A stretch of DNA of 64,000 nucleotides, from NCBI GenBank assembly GCA_043228905.1, contig JBHGNT010000003.1:23994001-24058000 (forward strand), written 5' to 3'. Below, piece after piece: positions 21,363-32,899 of the stretch (its first letter is position 1; every line of letters starts with the position of its first letter). The DNA comes from Azolla caroliniana. Its lineage: Eukaryota; Plantae; Polypodiophyta. The notes under the pieces were generated by a model. It had not been told where the DNA came from. It saw nothing but the letters and a program-made list of their open reading frames with translations, and searched no databases. Made by a program: the position numbers and the translations under genes.

Positions 21363-23168
21363 TTATGGGGGTTCTAAGATGTTTTTAGTTTTGACTAGAA
21401 AAGAGTGGAGGTTTTTGGATTTTGTCCAACAAAATAATGGGTTTAGGGATATGTTGTAGTTGGGGATCTAATTGTCGGCTAGAGTGTAGGCTATTGAGCA
21501 TTTCTTTGATAATTAGTGTGGGGGTATGGCGAGTATATCTAAGTTTAAAGATAGTGGGTGGGGTGGTTTTTTTAGTTTTTTCTTTGAAGAGGAGAGTGTG
21601 TCTAAGGGAGTAAGGGTGTTTTCTAAAGTTCTTTAGAATAAAATGCGTGGGATAACCTCGGGCCCTAAGTCTCGTAAAGAATTTCTTTTGCATATTTAAA
21701 TAACCTAGGGATGTGCTTTCTCTAACCATATATCTTTTTAATTCATTCGAAACGAAACTATTTTTAACATGGAGAGGGTGATTGGAGGAATAAGGGATGT
21801 ATTGATATGTATTAAGTGTTTTTTGAAAGCAATTAAAAGTGAATCTATTATTATCTAAGTTAATCCACAAGTCTAAAAAGGGTAGTTTCGTGTAAGAAGT
21901 ATGTATGGTTAGTTTGATAGAGTTTTGAGTAGTGTTACTATAGAAGTTTAGGTATTCGAAAAGTTGGGGTTTAGTACCAGTCCAAACGCCAAAGGCATCA
22001 TCAATATACCTAGTGAAATAGAAAAGGTGGGGTGATGGATTGGAATTTTCTAGATATGAGAGGAAGAGACATGCGTAGACAACGGAAAAATTACTGCCCA
22101 TGGCTGTTCCTTTTACTTGTTGATAAATTTGGTTGTTGAATTTTAGGAAGTGGTATTCTAAAGTGAGGGCGCTAAGGGTATAAATCAAATTAGTTTTTTG
22201 GTTCGAAAAGTGGGGGGAAATAATATTTTTTAGGGCTAAGAGTCCTAGTTTTGGTGGGATGCTAGGGTAGAGTGATTCAACATCAAAAGAAAAAATGAAG
22301 CTATTGGGTGGTGTTATAAGTTGTTCTAAGGTTTGGACAAGGGAATGGGAGTCCCTAAGATATTGTTTTTGACGTAGAAGTATAGGGAGGAGTTGGTGGT
22401 GAAGCCATTTAGACGTTTGTTCAAATAATGAACCATTATATGAGCAAATTGGTCTATAGCTAACAGGGGTTTTATGTACTTTTGGTAGGAAGTACATATT
22501 AGGTACTGAGTAACCTTTAGGAGGTTTGTGTAGGATAAATTGTATTTCTATGAGAGACAAGATATTAAGGTTACGGTTGACTATGTCATGTAGTCGACTT
22601 AAAAGTTCTTCTAATGGGAGACTATTAACTTTTTTATATGTAGTGATGTCAGATAAATGTTCTAGGGCTTTATCTAGGTATGTTTTTTTATCGAGGACAC
22701 AAACTCCGATGTTTTTGTCCGCTGGTAGGATGATTATTTGTTTGTTTTTTCTAAGGCTGGTTAGTGCTATTTGGAGGTGTAGTGGTATTTTGGTATTAGG
22801 TAGTATATTATTATGGAGGTTTGTGGAGAGAGAGATATTGTGTTTATGGAGTATAGACTCTAATGGTGGATACTTAGTAGGAGGGTTCCAATTCGGGTTG
22901 GGTAGTTTGAAGGGATTAGAGGGGGGATAGTTGAAGTCTTTAAAGAAATGTTTAAGTCTCAAGGATCTACTAAGGTTTTGGTATTCTTGAAGAATGGATT
23001 GGTTAGTAGGTGGGGGGCAGGGGGGTATAAACTTAAGTCCTAGGTTTAAAAGTTTGATTTTTAATGTACTAAGGGCGTAATTTGAAAGATTATGAATTTT
23101 GCTTTTTAAGACGGGAGTCATGTCTACGGTGGGAGTAAGTGGTTTCCAAAACTTGTATCTAAGCCAAC
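21363..23168 (-). CDS. PLE reverse transcriptase (in-frame ATG at 23121; probable +1 frameshift near 21432)
   Basis: IHNLS...LNLGLKFIP, ILPADKNIG, MYFLPKVHK..YRPI, FDVESLYPSIP, QVKGTAMGS, RYIDD, LPFLDL, YIPYSSNHP, RLRARGYP; removing one base restores KPIICWTKSKNLHSFLVKTKNILEPP-stop. Confidence 0.9.
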
Positions 23169-25495
23169 TCGAAGGAGCAAATGATGTGGCACCCAACTCG
23201 ACACACGGGGACTATTCGGCTTGGGAACAAGCGGCAAGCAGAGTGTCGTACTGCTTCACGTCATGTGTAAGCGGTCAGCTTTTGAGCTATATTCGAGATG
23301 CCAAGACGTCGAAGGACGCGTAGGAGAATCTCAAAAGGATTTCCACCCCCAGCACAACGGCCAGAAAGCTGCAGCTCAAATAGGAGCTCAGCAATGTACG
23401 ACAAAGAGATATGTCGGTGGCTGATTACACCACTAAGATCAAAGAAATTTGTGACTCTCTCGCCTCCGTCAACGTGAACGTCGAGGAAGATGAAATGGTG
23501 CAGGTTTGTCTTGGTGGCTTGGCGTCAAAGTTCGGACCTTTCCGAACGGCTGTCTGCACGAGGAAGATTACGCCTTCGTTTTTCGACCTTCAGTCAATGT
23601 TGCTCGTAGAAGAAAACCACGTGGGTGCGTAGACAAGTGCACACGCCAATGGCAAGATGCTTTACACGGAGGATGATAGGCCTCGTGGTCGTGGTGGACG
23701 AGGTGGATCGGTCTACAATGGAGGCGGCTGAAAAGAGCAGAATGTACAGCATAATAGAGATGTCGGAAGCAATTCCGAACCCTCCACAAGCAGGGGGAGT
23801 CATGGCGGCGCCGGAAGACGGCAAGAGAAGATCGCGCCGGATCGTTGGTATTGTGGCAAGAAAGGCCACAAGAAGAGCGAGTGCTAGAAAAAGCGACCCG
23901 ATTCAGACAAAGCCGGATCGAGCCGAAGAGACGCAGAGAGGTGTCAGAGATCACACTACACAGAAGGCTCTGAACGAGCTGGAAACAAATCGGGCCCAGC
24001 CTTCGTAATGAAGCATAAGGCCAATTCTATGGCCGTGAACACCTCGAAATCAAGCAAGGTGTGGTATTTTGATTCCGAAGCGTCAAATCATATGACGAGT
24101 CACGAGGAATGGTTCTCGTACCTGGAGAAACCAAAATCACAAGGAGTGGTCGAAACGGGAGACGACACTCCGCATACCATCGAACATGTCGGCGAAGTTC
24201 CTTCAGCCACGTCGGGCAGAAAGGGAAACGCATGAACGTGTTGCACGTCCCGACAATAACGAAGAACCTAGTGTCGGTCAGTCAGATCATTGACCAGGGA
24301 ATGCAGGTTCGATTCACGCATCTCGGCTGCTTCATAAAAGAGGAAGGCAAAGTAATCGCGCAAGGGCGCCGTGAAGGGAAGATGTTTTTCCTCGACACTA
24401 ATCAAGTTGGAGCCGCGTTGTATGCGAAACGACAAAAGGTCGAATCGGATATCGACCTGTGGCACAAGCAGTTCGGCCAAGTAAATTTCCCACGGCTTCG
24501 TGAAATGCAAACGAAGAACATTGTATTCGGATGGCCGAAATTTCGGGGCCGTAATGCCCAAGTCTGCGAAGCCTGTCAGATAGGAAAACAGCACCGACTT
24601 CCATTCCCTAATGAGCGTAATCGTAGTCGAAGTCCGTTGGATTTGATCCATTCGGATGTGTGGGGTTCGCCACAGAACGTGAGTCTCAGTGGAAGCCGTT
24701 ACTTTGAAACCTTCATCGATGACTTCACTCGGCACACGTGGGAATGCATGATTGAGAAGAAGAGTGAAGTCTTCGCATGTTTCGTGAAGGTGAAGAGTCT
24801 TGTGGAAAGGGAAACGAGGCGTAAGATCAAATGCCTACGGTCTGATGGCAGGAAGGAGTACTTCTCCGACCAGTTCACAAGTTATCTACAGAAGGAGGGA
24901 ATTCGACGTGAATTCTCGTGTAGATACACGCCGGAGCAGAATGGCGTAGCCAAGCGGAAGAATCGGACGATTGAAGAAGCGGCCAGGGCAATGCTTGAAG
25001 AGAAGCATATACCGAACTTCTATTGGGCCGAAGCCATGAAGACGGCTGTCTACTTGCAGAATCGGACTTTTGCTAATGGAGGAGTGTCGCCACATGAGTT
25101 GTATTTCGGGAAGAAGCTGAACTTCGCACACTTGAGGATTTTTGGCAGCATAGCGCACGTGCCGAAGGAGAAAAGGAGGAAACTGGATGCTAAAATTGAG
25201 AAATGTGTCTTGGTCAACTATTCAGACAAGCAAAAGGGGTATAACTGCTATAATCCCCAAACAAAGGAAGTCCGCGTAAGCCGTGATGTCGTATTTGATG
25301 AGTCTGCTTCGTGGTACTTGCCTTCTCCTCCAAAACCTCATGACTCCATTCCGATTTCTGAAGAAGAAATTAGCGAGGCTAAAATGCCTCCGCATGATGA
25401 GGACGTCGGAGCTCTAAGAGAGAGTCCGATCTCACTTTGGCTAAGCGAGCCAAATGAGGGGTTGGGCTGAGATGGCCAACCAAATGATGAGACGG
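23169..25495 (+). pseudogene. F gag-protease-integrase (stops and frameshifts; gag start missing)
   Basis: EGANDVAP...WEQAASRV, MSVADYTTKIKEICDSL, WYFDSEASNHM, IHSDVWG, FIDDFTR, VSRDVVFDE. Confidence 0.9.
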
Positions 25496-26126
25496 TGTCG
25501 TGAAGAAAACCGTCCACAAGCAGAATCGGTGCACAGGAGCGTAGGAACCGGCTCTTCTCGAATGTTGTCCATAGAAGATCCTAGGCGGGTAGATTTAGTG
25601 GGTAGGAAGTAAAGGGGAAACAGCTCCTTCCATGCCTATAAAAAGGAGGGAGACGAGAAGGGGGGGGGATCGCAGAGAGTCGAGGACGAAGTGCTGTCGG
25701 TTTGTGTGCGAAGGCTTCTCTCTCTCTCTCTCTGGTTCGCAAACTCCATAGCTTCCTTCTGTGCAGGTTTCGGGAGGCTCGCGCTGCTCTGAGGAATGCC
25801 CGAGTGCTTCCGGCAGCGCCTCCAAACTGATCCTATCTTTCTGTGCATTTACGAACAGGCATCGGCATCTGTTCGCCGGCCTGTTCGGTTGTAACCGACT
25901 TCGTGTTTTTGTTGCTTCCGTGTTCTTGTTGTTGTCTTTGTTAATACATACATACATTCGTGTCTCTCTGTGTCGCTGTCCCACTCACGTCTTTGTGTCG
26001 AAGGGCCGTGTCCCTGTGAATCTACGCTCGCACGTAGTGGGTCTCTTGTCCCTTCTCTCTTGCTCTTCGGTACATGACCCCTGAGGTCCCGCCTCATTCC
26101 ACGCATCCGCGAGGAAAACCTCGACA
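25496..26126 (+). repeat. C 5' LTR (631 bp)
   Basis: TGTCGTGAAGAAAACC...CTCGACA; CTATAAAAA near 25636. Confidence 0.95.
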
Positions 26127-27284
26127 TCTTGGTGAACCCGACGTGAAGGAGGCGGCAGAAGAGCAGAAGATGAAGGGGTCGGATCTTGCAGAGGCCATGG
26201 CTTCGGCCATGGATGGGATATTGAGTGCACACGAGGGCACTGGCGCCCTCGACAGAGCCATTGAGGCGGTCATCGATACGATAGGCCGGTTCAGCGGAAA
26301 GGATGCCACGAAGTATTTGGCGTCCTACGGGGCAGAAATGCTGATGCGGGACATTCCGGAAGAGAGGCGTCTTGCCGGGTTTCCTCGAGTGGCGATGCCG
26401 AGCATCCATGCGGAGGTGCTCGAGGTGCGGGCGGAGAGCCGTACCTGGGAGGAGTTCGAAGGCCGACTCCTAGAAAAATACGGGCTGGACGACGCTGTCG
26501 GGGTTGCTACGCCCTTGCGTGTAGAAAGGAGGAGGGACCACGGGGGTCTCGAACCGAAGAGCAAGAGAGAGAGGAGAAAGAGAGAGAGACCCGATTACAC
26601 AGAACCGAAGATCCGATTGCGCAGAACCGACGATTGCACAGGGACACGACCCAACAAACAGAGATCCCAAATAAACGCCGACGCAGATGGACGCAACAAC
26701 GAGAGATATGTACTTATGAATGCAAGAAAATAACAGACTAAAGTATTACAACCCACGGTGGGGCACAAAATATATACTAACGAAAACGAACAGGGCGGCG
26801 AACAGCTGCCGACCCCTGTATGTCGCGACGCACAGAAAGGGAAAACAGGTCGGAGGTGCTGCAGGACGCACTCGGGGCGTTCCACGGAACAGCGCAAGCC
26901 TCCTCGAAACCTGCACAGGTACGCGATGGAGCGGAAGACAGAGAGAGCAGGAGTGAGAGAGAAGCTCCGAAATCGGTTCGGCAGCACTTCGTCCTCTCCG
27001 CGGGAGATGCCCCACTTCTATTCTTCCTCTTCCTTTTATAGCCCGTCAAGAGGCCGTTTGCCATTAACTGCATACCAACCGAATCTACCCACCTAGGATC
27101 CTCGTATGTACCTACTTCGTCCTTAGGTACTTCTTGGCGCGCGTGTGTGTGTAGAGCCGTTTCCCACGCCTTGTTCCTCCGATTCCTCTTGTGGGCGGTT
27201 TTCTTCACGACATCCGCCCCCACCTAACCGCGCATCCACCGGCATGCGCCAAATTAAGTTGGCACGGAGAAAACCGGCCCGCCT

Positions 27285-30200
27285 CTACTCTTCGCCTGCC
27301 GGCCCTTCCTCGGCCTCGGATCGGTCGTCGCTGCTGTCCAGGAGAATCGGGTCGGGTTCGTCGTCGTGCCGCTTCTTGAAAGCTTTGATCCTCTTCCCGG
27401 CCACGGGTATCGCTATTCTCGTACCGTCGAGCTCCGCCAGATGATACGTCCCGTTGTCGTTGGCGCTCTGTACCGTGTACGGCCCGAACCATCTCCGTGC
27501 GAACTTCCGCGTTGCTCGGTGCTGGTTGTCGAGGCTGCTGTCGTAGACGAGCACCCAGTCACCTTCGTCGATTTTCTTCGGTCGTAGCCGGTGCGTTCGG
27601 TCGAACCGGGCTTTGTTCTTTGTCCTCGCCACCCGGAGCTTCTCCGTAGCCAGTGCCACGTCCTCCGGTCTCCGCTCGAGCTGTCGTATACGTGCGGCCA
27701 ACAACTCCTCCCGGCTCATCTCGTCCCTCCAGTCGACCGTTGCCCACGAGGAGATCGCCCGTTCAATCGGCATGATCGGCTTCTGGCCGAACATGAGCTC
27801 CGTCGGCATGTACCCGGTTACCGAACTGTGCGTGGTCCGGTCTGCCCACAAAGCATAAGGTAGAAGTCGCGGCCAGTTACCGACTTGGCCTCCGCATGCC
27901 CGAACCAGCGCCTTAACGATCGGCCCGTGTCCGCGCTCCACCTTTCCATTCGCCTCCGGGTTGTACGCAGTGGCGAGCGAGAGTTTGACTCCCAGCCGAT
28001 CGAATAGCTCCGCGGCTTCCTCGGCGTCCAACTCCCCTCGGTCAGCCACGATCTTCCCGACGCACCCGTACCGGCATATCACGTCCTCGATCAGGAACCG
28101 ACACACGGCCGCGGTCGTCTTGTTCTGAAGGGCTCGGCCTTCCACCTGGTTCGTCAGGTCTTCCCGCGCTAGGACCAGATACCGCATCTGTCCTACCCCC
28201 ATCGGCATCATCACCAGATCTACCATCCATTTGAAGTGGATAGTCGGAGGGTACGTAGGGTGAAGCCCGTCCCGGTGTCGGACTATCGAGTGCATCTGAC
28301 AACTCTCGCAAGTTGACACGAACCGATGCACGTCCCGGTACAATCCCGGCCACCAGTACTTCCCCTTCAGCTTCTCAAACGTCGCCCACGTTCCACGGTG
28401 TCCAGCCCAAGGGCTGTCGTGGTAGGCCGCCAGTAGCTCCTCCTGTTCTTCCTTCATCGCCACCACCCGGAGCGGGACGCCGTTCCTCTTCTTCGGGTGC
28501 TTCCACAAATGCCCATCTCGGAGAAGGAATCGATATGCTTTCTTCCGGATCCGGTTGGCCTCGTCCTTCGTCCATGACGCATCGGGCGTCATTGTCTTCA
28601 AAAACCCGCCGATCCGCAGCCACTCCCCGTCGTACTTGCTCGCGTCGAACTCGTTAAGCGCCGGAGTGCTCATCCCGTCGGTCGTTATGTATGCCGCCTC
28701 GAAGAAATCCACGCCGACTTCTTCGTCTTCCGAAACCATGCCGCCCTCGTCGTCGAACCTCGCCCTCGAAAGCATGTCGGCCATGGCGTTGTCTTTCCCG
28801 GAAATGTGTCGTATTTCTGGGTCCAGGGACTTGATGTACGCTATCCACCTGAGCATCGCCAGGTCCGGAGTCGCGCATCCGGAAACCATACCGAGAATCG
28901 GCAGGCAATCCGTCTCGATGATCACTTCTGTCCCTATCAGGTAGTCTTTGTCGGCCTTAACCGCCGAAACAATACCCCAGAGTTCGCGTTTAACCTGGGC
29001 GTATCCTCGCTGCCGTTCACTGAGGACTTTCGCGCCGAATCGGATCGGAAACCGATTGCCGTCCTCGTCTTCCTGGTTCACGACCCATCCGATCCCGGTC
29101 GGACTGGTATCCACCGTTATGAATACCGGGGTACCCTTCCCGTATACCGCCTTCCGGAGTGCCGCTGCCGCTGCAAGGGCCTCTTTCAGCTTCCGGACCG
29201 ATTCCGCGTGCTCGTCTAGCCATTCGAACCTTCGCCCCTTTTTCAGCAACCCGTACAGTGGCTCCGCGACGTGTGCGTAATGCGGGATCCATATGTGGTA
29301 GAACGCGCATGCCCCCAGGAATCTCCGTACTTCCGTGACCGAGCTGCAGTCGGGCTTCATCGCGGAGATGGCTTCTACCTTTGCCGGAGACGGTTTCCGG
29401 CCATATGGTCCGCACAGGTGTCCGACCACCATGATTTCTGACTGCCCGAAGGCCGACTTCTCCCCGGAGAAGGTGAGTCTCGCATCCTCTAGCCTTTGCA
29501 GCACCTTCTCGCAGTCGTCGATGTGCGTCGCCACGAATCGCCGGCATCCGTCCGGCCCGATCGTCTCGTCCTTTTCTTCCACCGGGCATCCCTTGATCGG
29601 GATGTCGTCCAGAAACGGCATGGTGATGTCCGGGATACAGTCCCTCAGAACCTTGTTCATCGCATTCACCATGTGGGCCACCGAGTTGGTCCCTCCTTGC
29701 GGCAGTGTACACATCCGAACTAGGCCGAGGGGAGTTCGCATCGTCGTAATGTCTCTGCTCTCCACGGCTAGCTGGAACTGGTCGTACCCTGAGTATAGAT
29801 CCCCGACCGAGTAAATTGACCTTCCGGCGAAGGCCTCCGCGAACTCGTCTATGGTCGGTCCGATCCCTGCGTTCCGAATGGTCACTCGATTGACCGGCTG
29901 CAGGTCCTGGATGAAGCGCAACGAACCGTTTTTCTTCGGTACGGTAAACCATCGATTCGAATATGGGGCGCTCGACGGCTCGAGAATTCCCATATCAACT
30001 TTCTGCCTCAGCAGCTCCATCAACTTCGGGATGTGAGCTCTCGGAACCGGGATTGGCTTGAGATTCCATGGTACATGCGGTACCGTGAATATCACCATCG
30101 GCTCCACGATCGTCGGGTCAACGCACCCGATTTCCTCCGGCGAGAATGCGAAGGCTTTCCCGTGCCTTCCGAGCATTCTCCGAAACCGGTCTTCCTCCGC

Positions 30201-30782
30201 CGGCAGTAGGAACCCGCCCCCACCGATTTTGAGCTCTCGGAGCGTCTCGTCGATGAAGGTGTGCCCTATGCAGGCCGGATCTCGTAGACTAGGGTCCGAT
30301 GCAACCCCTTTGATTCTCGACGCGCTGTCCTCCGGTAAGGGTGCCGCGACTGGCCTTACCTTCCGGTCCACAGTCTTGTACTTGGTGCTTACGTGGGCCG
30401 TCCGAACTGACTCGAGCCCTCGACCGAAGTCCGCGATGACTTCGTACATCTCCTCGGAACACACCGGTATCGTCCGGTCTTCGTTAAGGCCTTCTTCGAC
30501 TACCTTTCCCAGCATTCCCAAGGTGTCGTCGAATGAGACCGCCTCCACGGCTCCGTTGATTTCCTCGTCCGGGCCGAGAACTCCGCACGCTCGAAGTCTC
30601 CCCTCCGCCTTTGTCTTCTCTCGGCCGCCGATGCCGACTATCGTACACGCTCCGCTGTCGGAGAACAAAAATTCCCTACCTATGGTACAAGGTTTCTTCG
30701 GTTTTATCGTACAGGTGTGGGGGTTTCCCGGGGTGTCCGGACTGTCGCGGCCCCACGCCTTGGCAGCCCTCTCTAAAAATCC
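27285..30782 (-). CDS. pol: A2 Pol (RT-RNase H-integrase), probably entered by a -1 frameshift at 30776-30782
   Basis: 1127-aa ORF whose frame stays open upstream to the slippery site; FLDD RT, RNase H, HHCC, DDE, WFGPY, acidic tail, no chromodomain. Confidence 0.93.
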   Translation of the reverse strand, partial: GFLERAAKAWGRDSPDTPGNPHTCTIKPKKPCTIGREFLFSDSGACTIVGIGGREKTKAEGRLRACGVLGPDEEINGAVEAVSFDDTLGMLGKVVEEGLNEDRTIPVCSEEMYEVIADFGRGLESVRTAHVSTKYKTVDRKVRPVAAPLPEDSASRIKGVASDPSLRDPACIGHTFIDETLRELKIGGGGFLLPAEEDRFRRMLGRHGKAFAFSPEEIGCVDPTIVEPMVIFTVPHVPWNLKPIPVPRAHIPKLMELLRQKVDMGILEPSSAPYSNRWFTVPKKNGSLRFIQDLQPVNRVTIRNAGIGPTIDEFAEAFAGRSIYSVGDLYSGYDQFQLAVESRDITTMRTPLGLVRMCTLPQGGTNSVAHMVNAMNKVLRDCIPDITMPFLDDIPIKGCPVEEKDETIGPDGCRRFVATHIDDCEKVLQRLEDARLTFSGEKSAFGQSEIMVVGHLCGPYGRKPSPAKVEAISAMKPDCSSVTEVRRFLGACAFYHIWIPHYAHVAEPLYGLLKKGRRFEWLDEHAESVRKLKEALAAAAALRKAVYGKGTPVFITVDTSPTGIGWVVNQEDEDGNRFPIRFGAKVLSERQRGYAQVKRELWGIVSAVKADKDYLIGTEVIIETDCLPILGMVSGCATPDLAMLRWIAYIKSLDPEIRHISGKDNAMADMLSRARFDDEGGMVSEDEEVGVDFFEAAYITTDGMSTPALNEFDASKYDGEWLRIGGFLKTMTPDASWTKDEANRIRKKAYRFLLRDGHLWKHPKKRNGVPLRVVAMKEEQEELLAAYHDSPWAGHRGTWATFEKLKGKYWWPGLYRDVHRFVSTCESCQMHSIVRHRDGLHPTYPPTIHFKWMVDLVMMPMGVGQMRYLVLAREDLTNQVEGRALQNKTTAAVCRFLIEDVICRYGCVGKIVADRGELDAEEAAELFDRLGVKLSLATAYNPEANGKVERGHGPIVKALVRACGGQVGNWPRLLPYALWADRTTHSSVTGYMPTELMFGQKPIMPIERAISSWATVDWRDEMSREELLAARIRQLERRPEDVALATEKLRVARTKNKARFDRTHRLRPKKIDEGDWVLVYDSSLDNQHRATRKFARRWFGPYTVQSANDNGTYHLAELDGTRIAIPVAGKRIKAFKKRHDDEPDPILLDSSDDRSEAEEGPAGEE

Positions 30783-32899
30783 TCTCGGTTATCGGAACCG
30801 AGGGAGTCGCGGTTACGCTCGTGGTTCGGCCTAACCGTCAAAAACTGGACCGAATGGCGCCCGTCCTGGCTCTTGACCCGCGCATAGGCCGAACCGTTGT
30901 CCAGCACCTTGGTCTCCATTCGAGCCGCCGTGATGTACGGTTCTCCCAGTATGACGGGGTGCGATGACGACTCCTGCACGAAGAAGTGCTGGTCTATCTC
31001 GACATCGCCGATCTTGACCCGTACATTCGGGCAGGCCCCGTGAAGTTCCTCGGTGGCGCGCGTCGCCGCCCTTATCTTCCACCCGTGCTTGGTGTTGATC
31101 GGCCATTTGCCCTTCTTATAGAAGTCCATGGACATCAAATTGATCTCCGATCCGTGGTCCACCAAAGCTATCACCGGTTCCTGGACATCGCCGATCTTCA
31201 CCGGGGTTTCCGTGGTCGCTCGGGCCCAGTGCGGTCTCGAATAGTGGCTTTCCGCCCACTCGTCTCCCAGCGCCATGTCGTCTAGGTGCGTCGTCCGCAC
31301 TTCCACCGGTCTTTCCGGTTCTGTCTCCGTTGACAGCCTCTTCCGTTTCACCAAGTCCACGATGGAGTCGTGGAACTCCTTCTTGGCGATTCCCAGCACC
31401 TCCCGTAGCGACAGCTCCACCTTGCTGTCGAGGATCCGTTCCTCCAGGACCTTTCGTAAGTCCGTGGTTCTTTCTATCTCCGTCCCCAGACGGTACCCGC
31501 CCTTCTGGGGTTTATCTTGCGTACCGGCCCCGCCGGCTTCGTCCCGTCGTGGCCCGGACCGGGTCTCGTATCGTTGTGAGGGCCCGGTCGTCCCGGGTTT
31601 CCCCACCCGCTTCTCTTCTACCAGAGCCTCGTAGTTCCTGCAAGCGGCTTCCAAGAAGCCCGTCTTTTCCTCGACCGGGTCGCTCCACCCGGTCATCTCC
31701 CGTACCCGTTTCTCCGCACGGTCCGATTCCTCCCTTTTAAGCCCTGCACCGGCAAGGCCTTCCAGCATCGTCGGCCAGAATCCGGCTTTGCTTTCCTTTC
31801 GGGCCTCGCCGCCCCCGACTCGAATACCGGCCGACGCCGAGTAGTGGACGGTTTCCGCATGTCGGGCCGCCGCCTCTTCCATCAACCTCTTCATTCCGCC
31901 TCGCCCGTCGTTTCGGTTTAGGGCCCTTCTCGTGTCGTTGGCGTGAACCCGGCCTTCCCATAGGTACACCACCCGGTTCCTCAGCGCCTCTGCGAAATCG
32001 CCGCAGTCTTTTCGGATGTGGCCGACCCCGTCGCACCACATGCACCTGTTCCCTGCCGCCGGCCGTCGGTCACGAGCAGGTCCTCCGCCTTCTCTGCGGG
32101 CTTGTGCGATTTGGAGGTCTTTTATCGCCCTCGTCAGTTCCTCCAACGCAGCTCCCCCAGTCGAGCCTCCGATCACGCCGGTCGGAGCCGAACCGGATTC
32201 CAGCCACTCCCGAGTCTCTTCCCTTCGCACCGGCTGCGCCGGCTCGAGTTTCCTCGCCGCGACTGAGCCCGACCCGGTTGCTCTGTCATCCTCCCATTCT
32301 CGCCGTTTGTCGAAACGGCCGCAGGCTCTCTTGACCGCCGCCCAGTCGGCTGTCAGCCCATCTTCGGTTTCTAGCAGGGCGCCCACGTGACTCTGATCCC
32401 TCTCGTCAACCGATTTGACAAACAGCAGGACCCGGCTTGTATCCAGGACCATCCTGTCAAGCGCCGAAAGGCGCGCGAAGTTCTCCTCGAACTCCCGGAG
32501 GAGTGCCGACGCATTCCTTCCTTTCCCGGGAGACTCCACACACTCCATGAAGCTTCGCTTCGAAAGCCGGAGCGCGTCGTCCAGTCCGTATTTTTCCAGG
32601 AGCCGACCTTCGAACTCCTCCCAGGTACGGCTCTCCGCCCGCACCTCGAGCACCTCCGCGTGGATGCTCGGCATCGCCACTCGGGGAAAACCGGCCAGAC
32701 GCCTGTCTTCCGGAATGTCCCGCATTAACATTTCCGCACCGTAGGACGCCAGGTACTTCGTGGCATCTTTTCCGGTGAATCGACCGATCGTTCCGACGAC
32801 CGCCTCAATAGCTCTATCGAGGGCGCCGGTGCCCTCGCGCGCGCTTACTATCCGATCCACGGCCGAAGCCATGGCCTCTGCAAGATCCGCCCCCTTCAT
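30773..32899 (-). CDS. gag: A2 Gag-protease
   Basis: Nearly identical to the A1 ORF; CCHC knuckle; DHG protease motif. Confidence 0.93.
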   Translation of the reverse strand: MKGADLAEAMASAVDRIVSAREGTGALDRAIEAVVGTIGRFTGKDATKYLASYGAEMLMRDIPEDRRLAGFPRVAMPSIHAEVLEVRAESRTWEEFEGRLLEKYGLDDALRLSKRSFMECVESPGKGRNASALLREFEENFARLSALDRMVLDTSRVLLFVKSVDERDQSHVGALLETEDGLTADWAAVKRACGRFDKRREWEDDRATGSGSVAARKLEPAQPVRREETREWLESGSAPTGVIGGSTGGAALEELTRAIKDLQIAQARREGGGPARDRRPAAGNRCMWCDGVGHIRKDCGDFAEALRNRVVYLWEGRVHANDTRRALNRNDGRGGMKRLMEEAAARHAETVHYSASAGIRVGGGEARKESKAGFWPTMLEGLAGAGLKREESDRAEKRVREMTGWSDPVEEKTGFLEAACRNYEALVEEKRVGKPGTTGPSQRYETRSGPRRDEAGGAGTQDKPQKGGYRLGTEIERTTDLRKVLEERILDSKVELSLREVLGIAKKEFHDSIVDLVKRKRLSTETEPERPVEVRTTHLDDMALGDEWAESHYSRPHWARATTETPVKIGDVQEPVIALVDHGSEINLMSMDFYKKGKWPINTKHGWKIRAATRATEELHGACPNVRVKIGDVEIDQHFFVQESSSHPVILGEPYITAARMETKVLDNGSAYARVKSQDGRHSVQFLTVRPNHERNRDSLGSDNREDF

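Larger units (their letters stand above)
20194..23168 (-). mobile_element. Penelope-like retroelement, probably 5'-truncated, with no C-terminal GIY-YIG endonuclease
   Basis: PLE-type RT ORF, about 1 kb pyrimidine-rich 3' region, hammerhead motif; no LTRs; boundaries approximate. Confidence 0.88.

Noticed and set aside
23169-23196. N-terminus of the 603-aa ORF (MGATSFAPSS)
   Set aside because: It is the antisense of copia gag read across the insertion junction, not part of the PLE.
26074-26733. Apparent novel fusion ORFs (also 14611-15447, 5181-6014, 18352-18759)
   Set aside because: Frames run across insertion junctions into LTR sequence.
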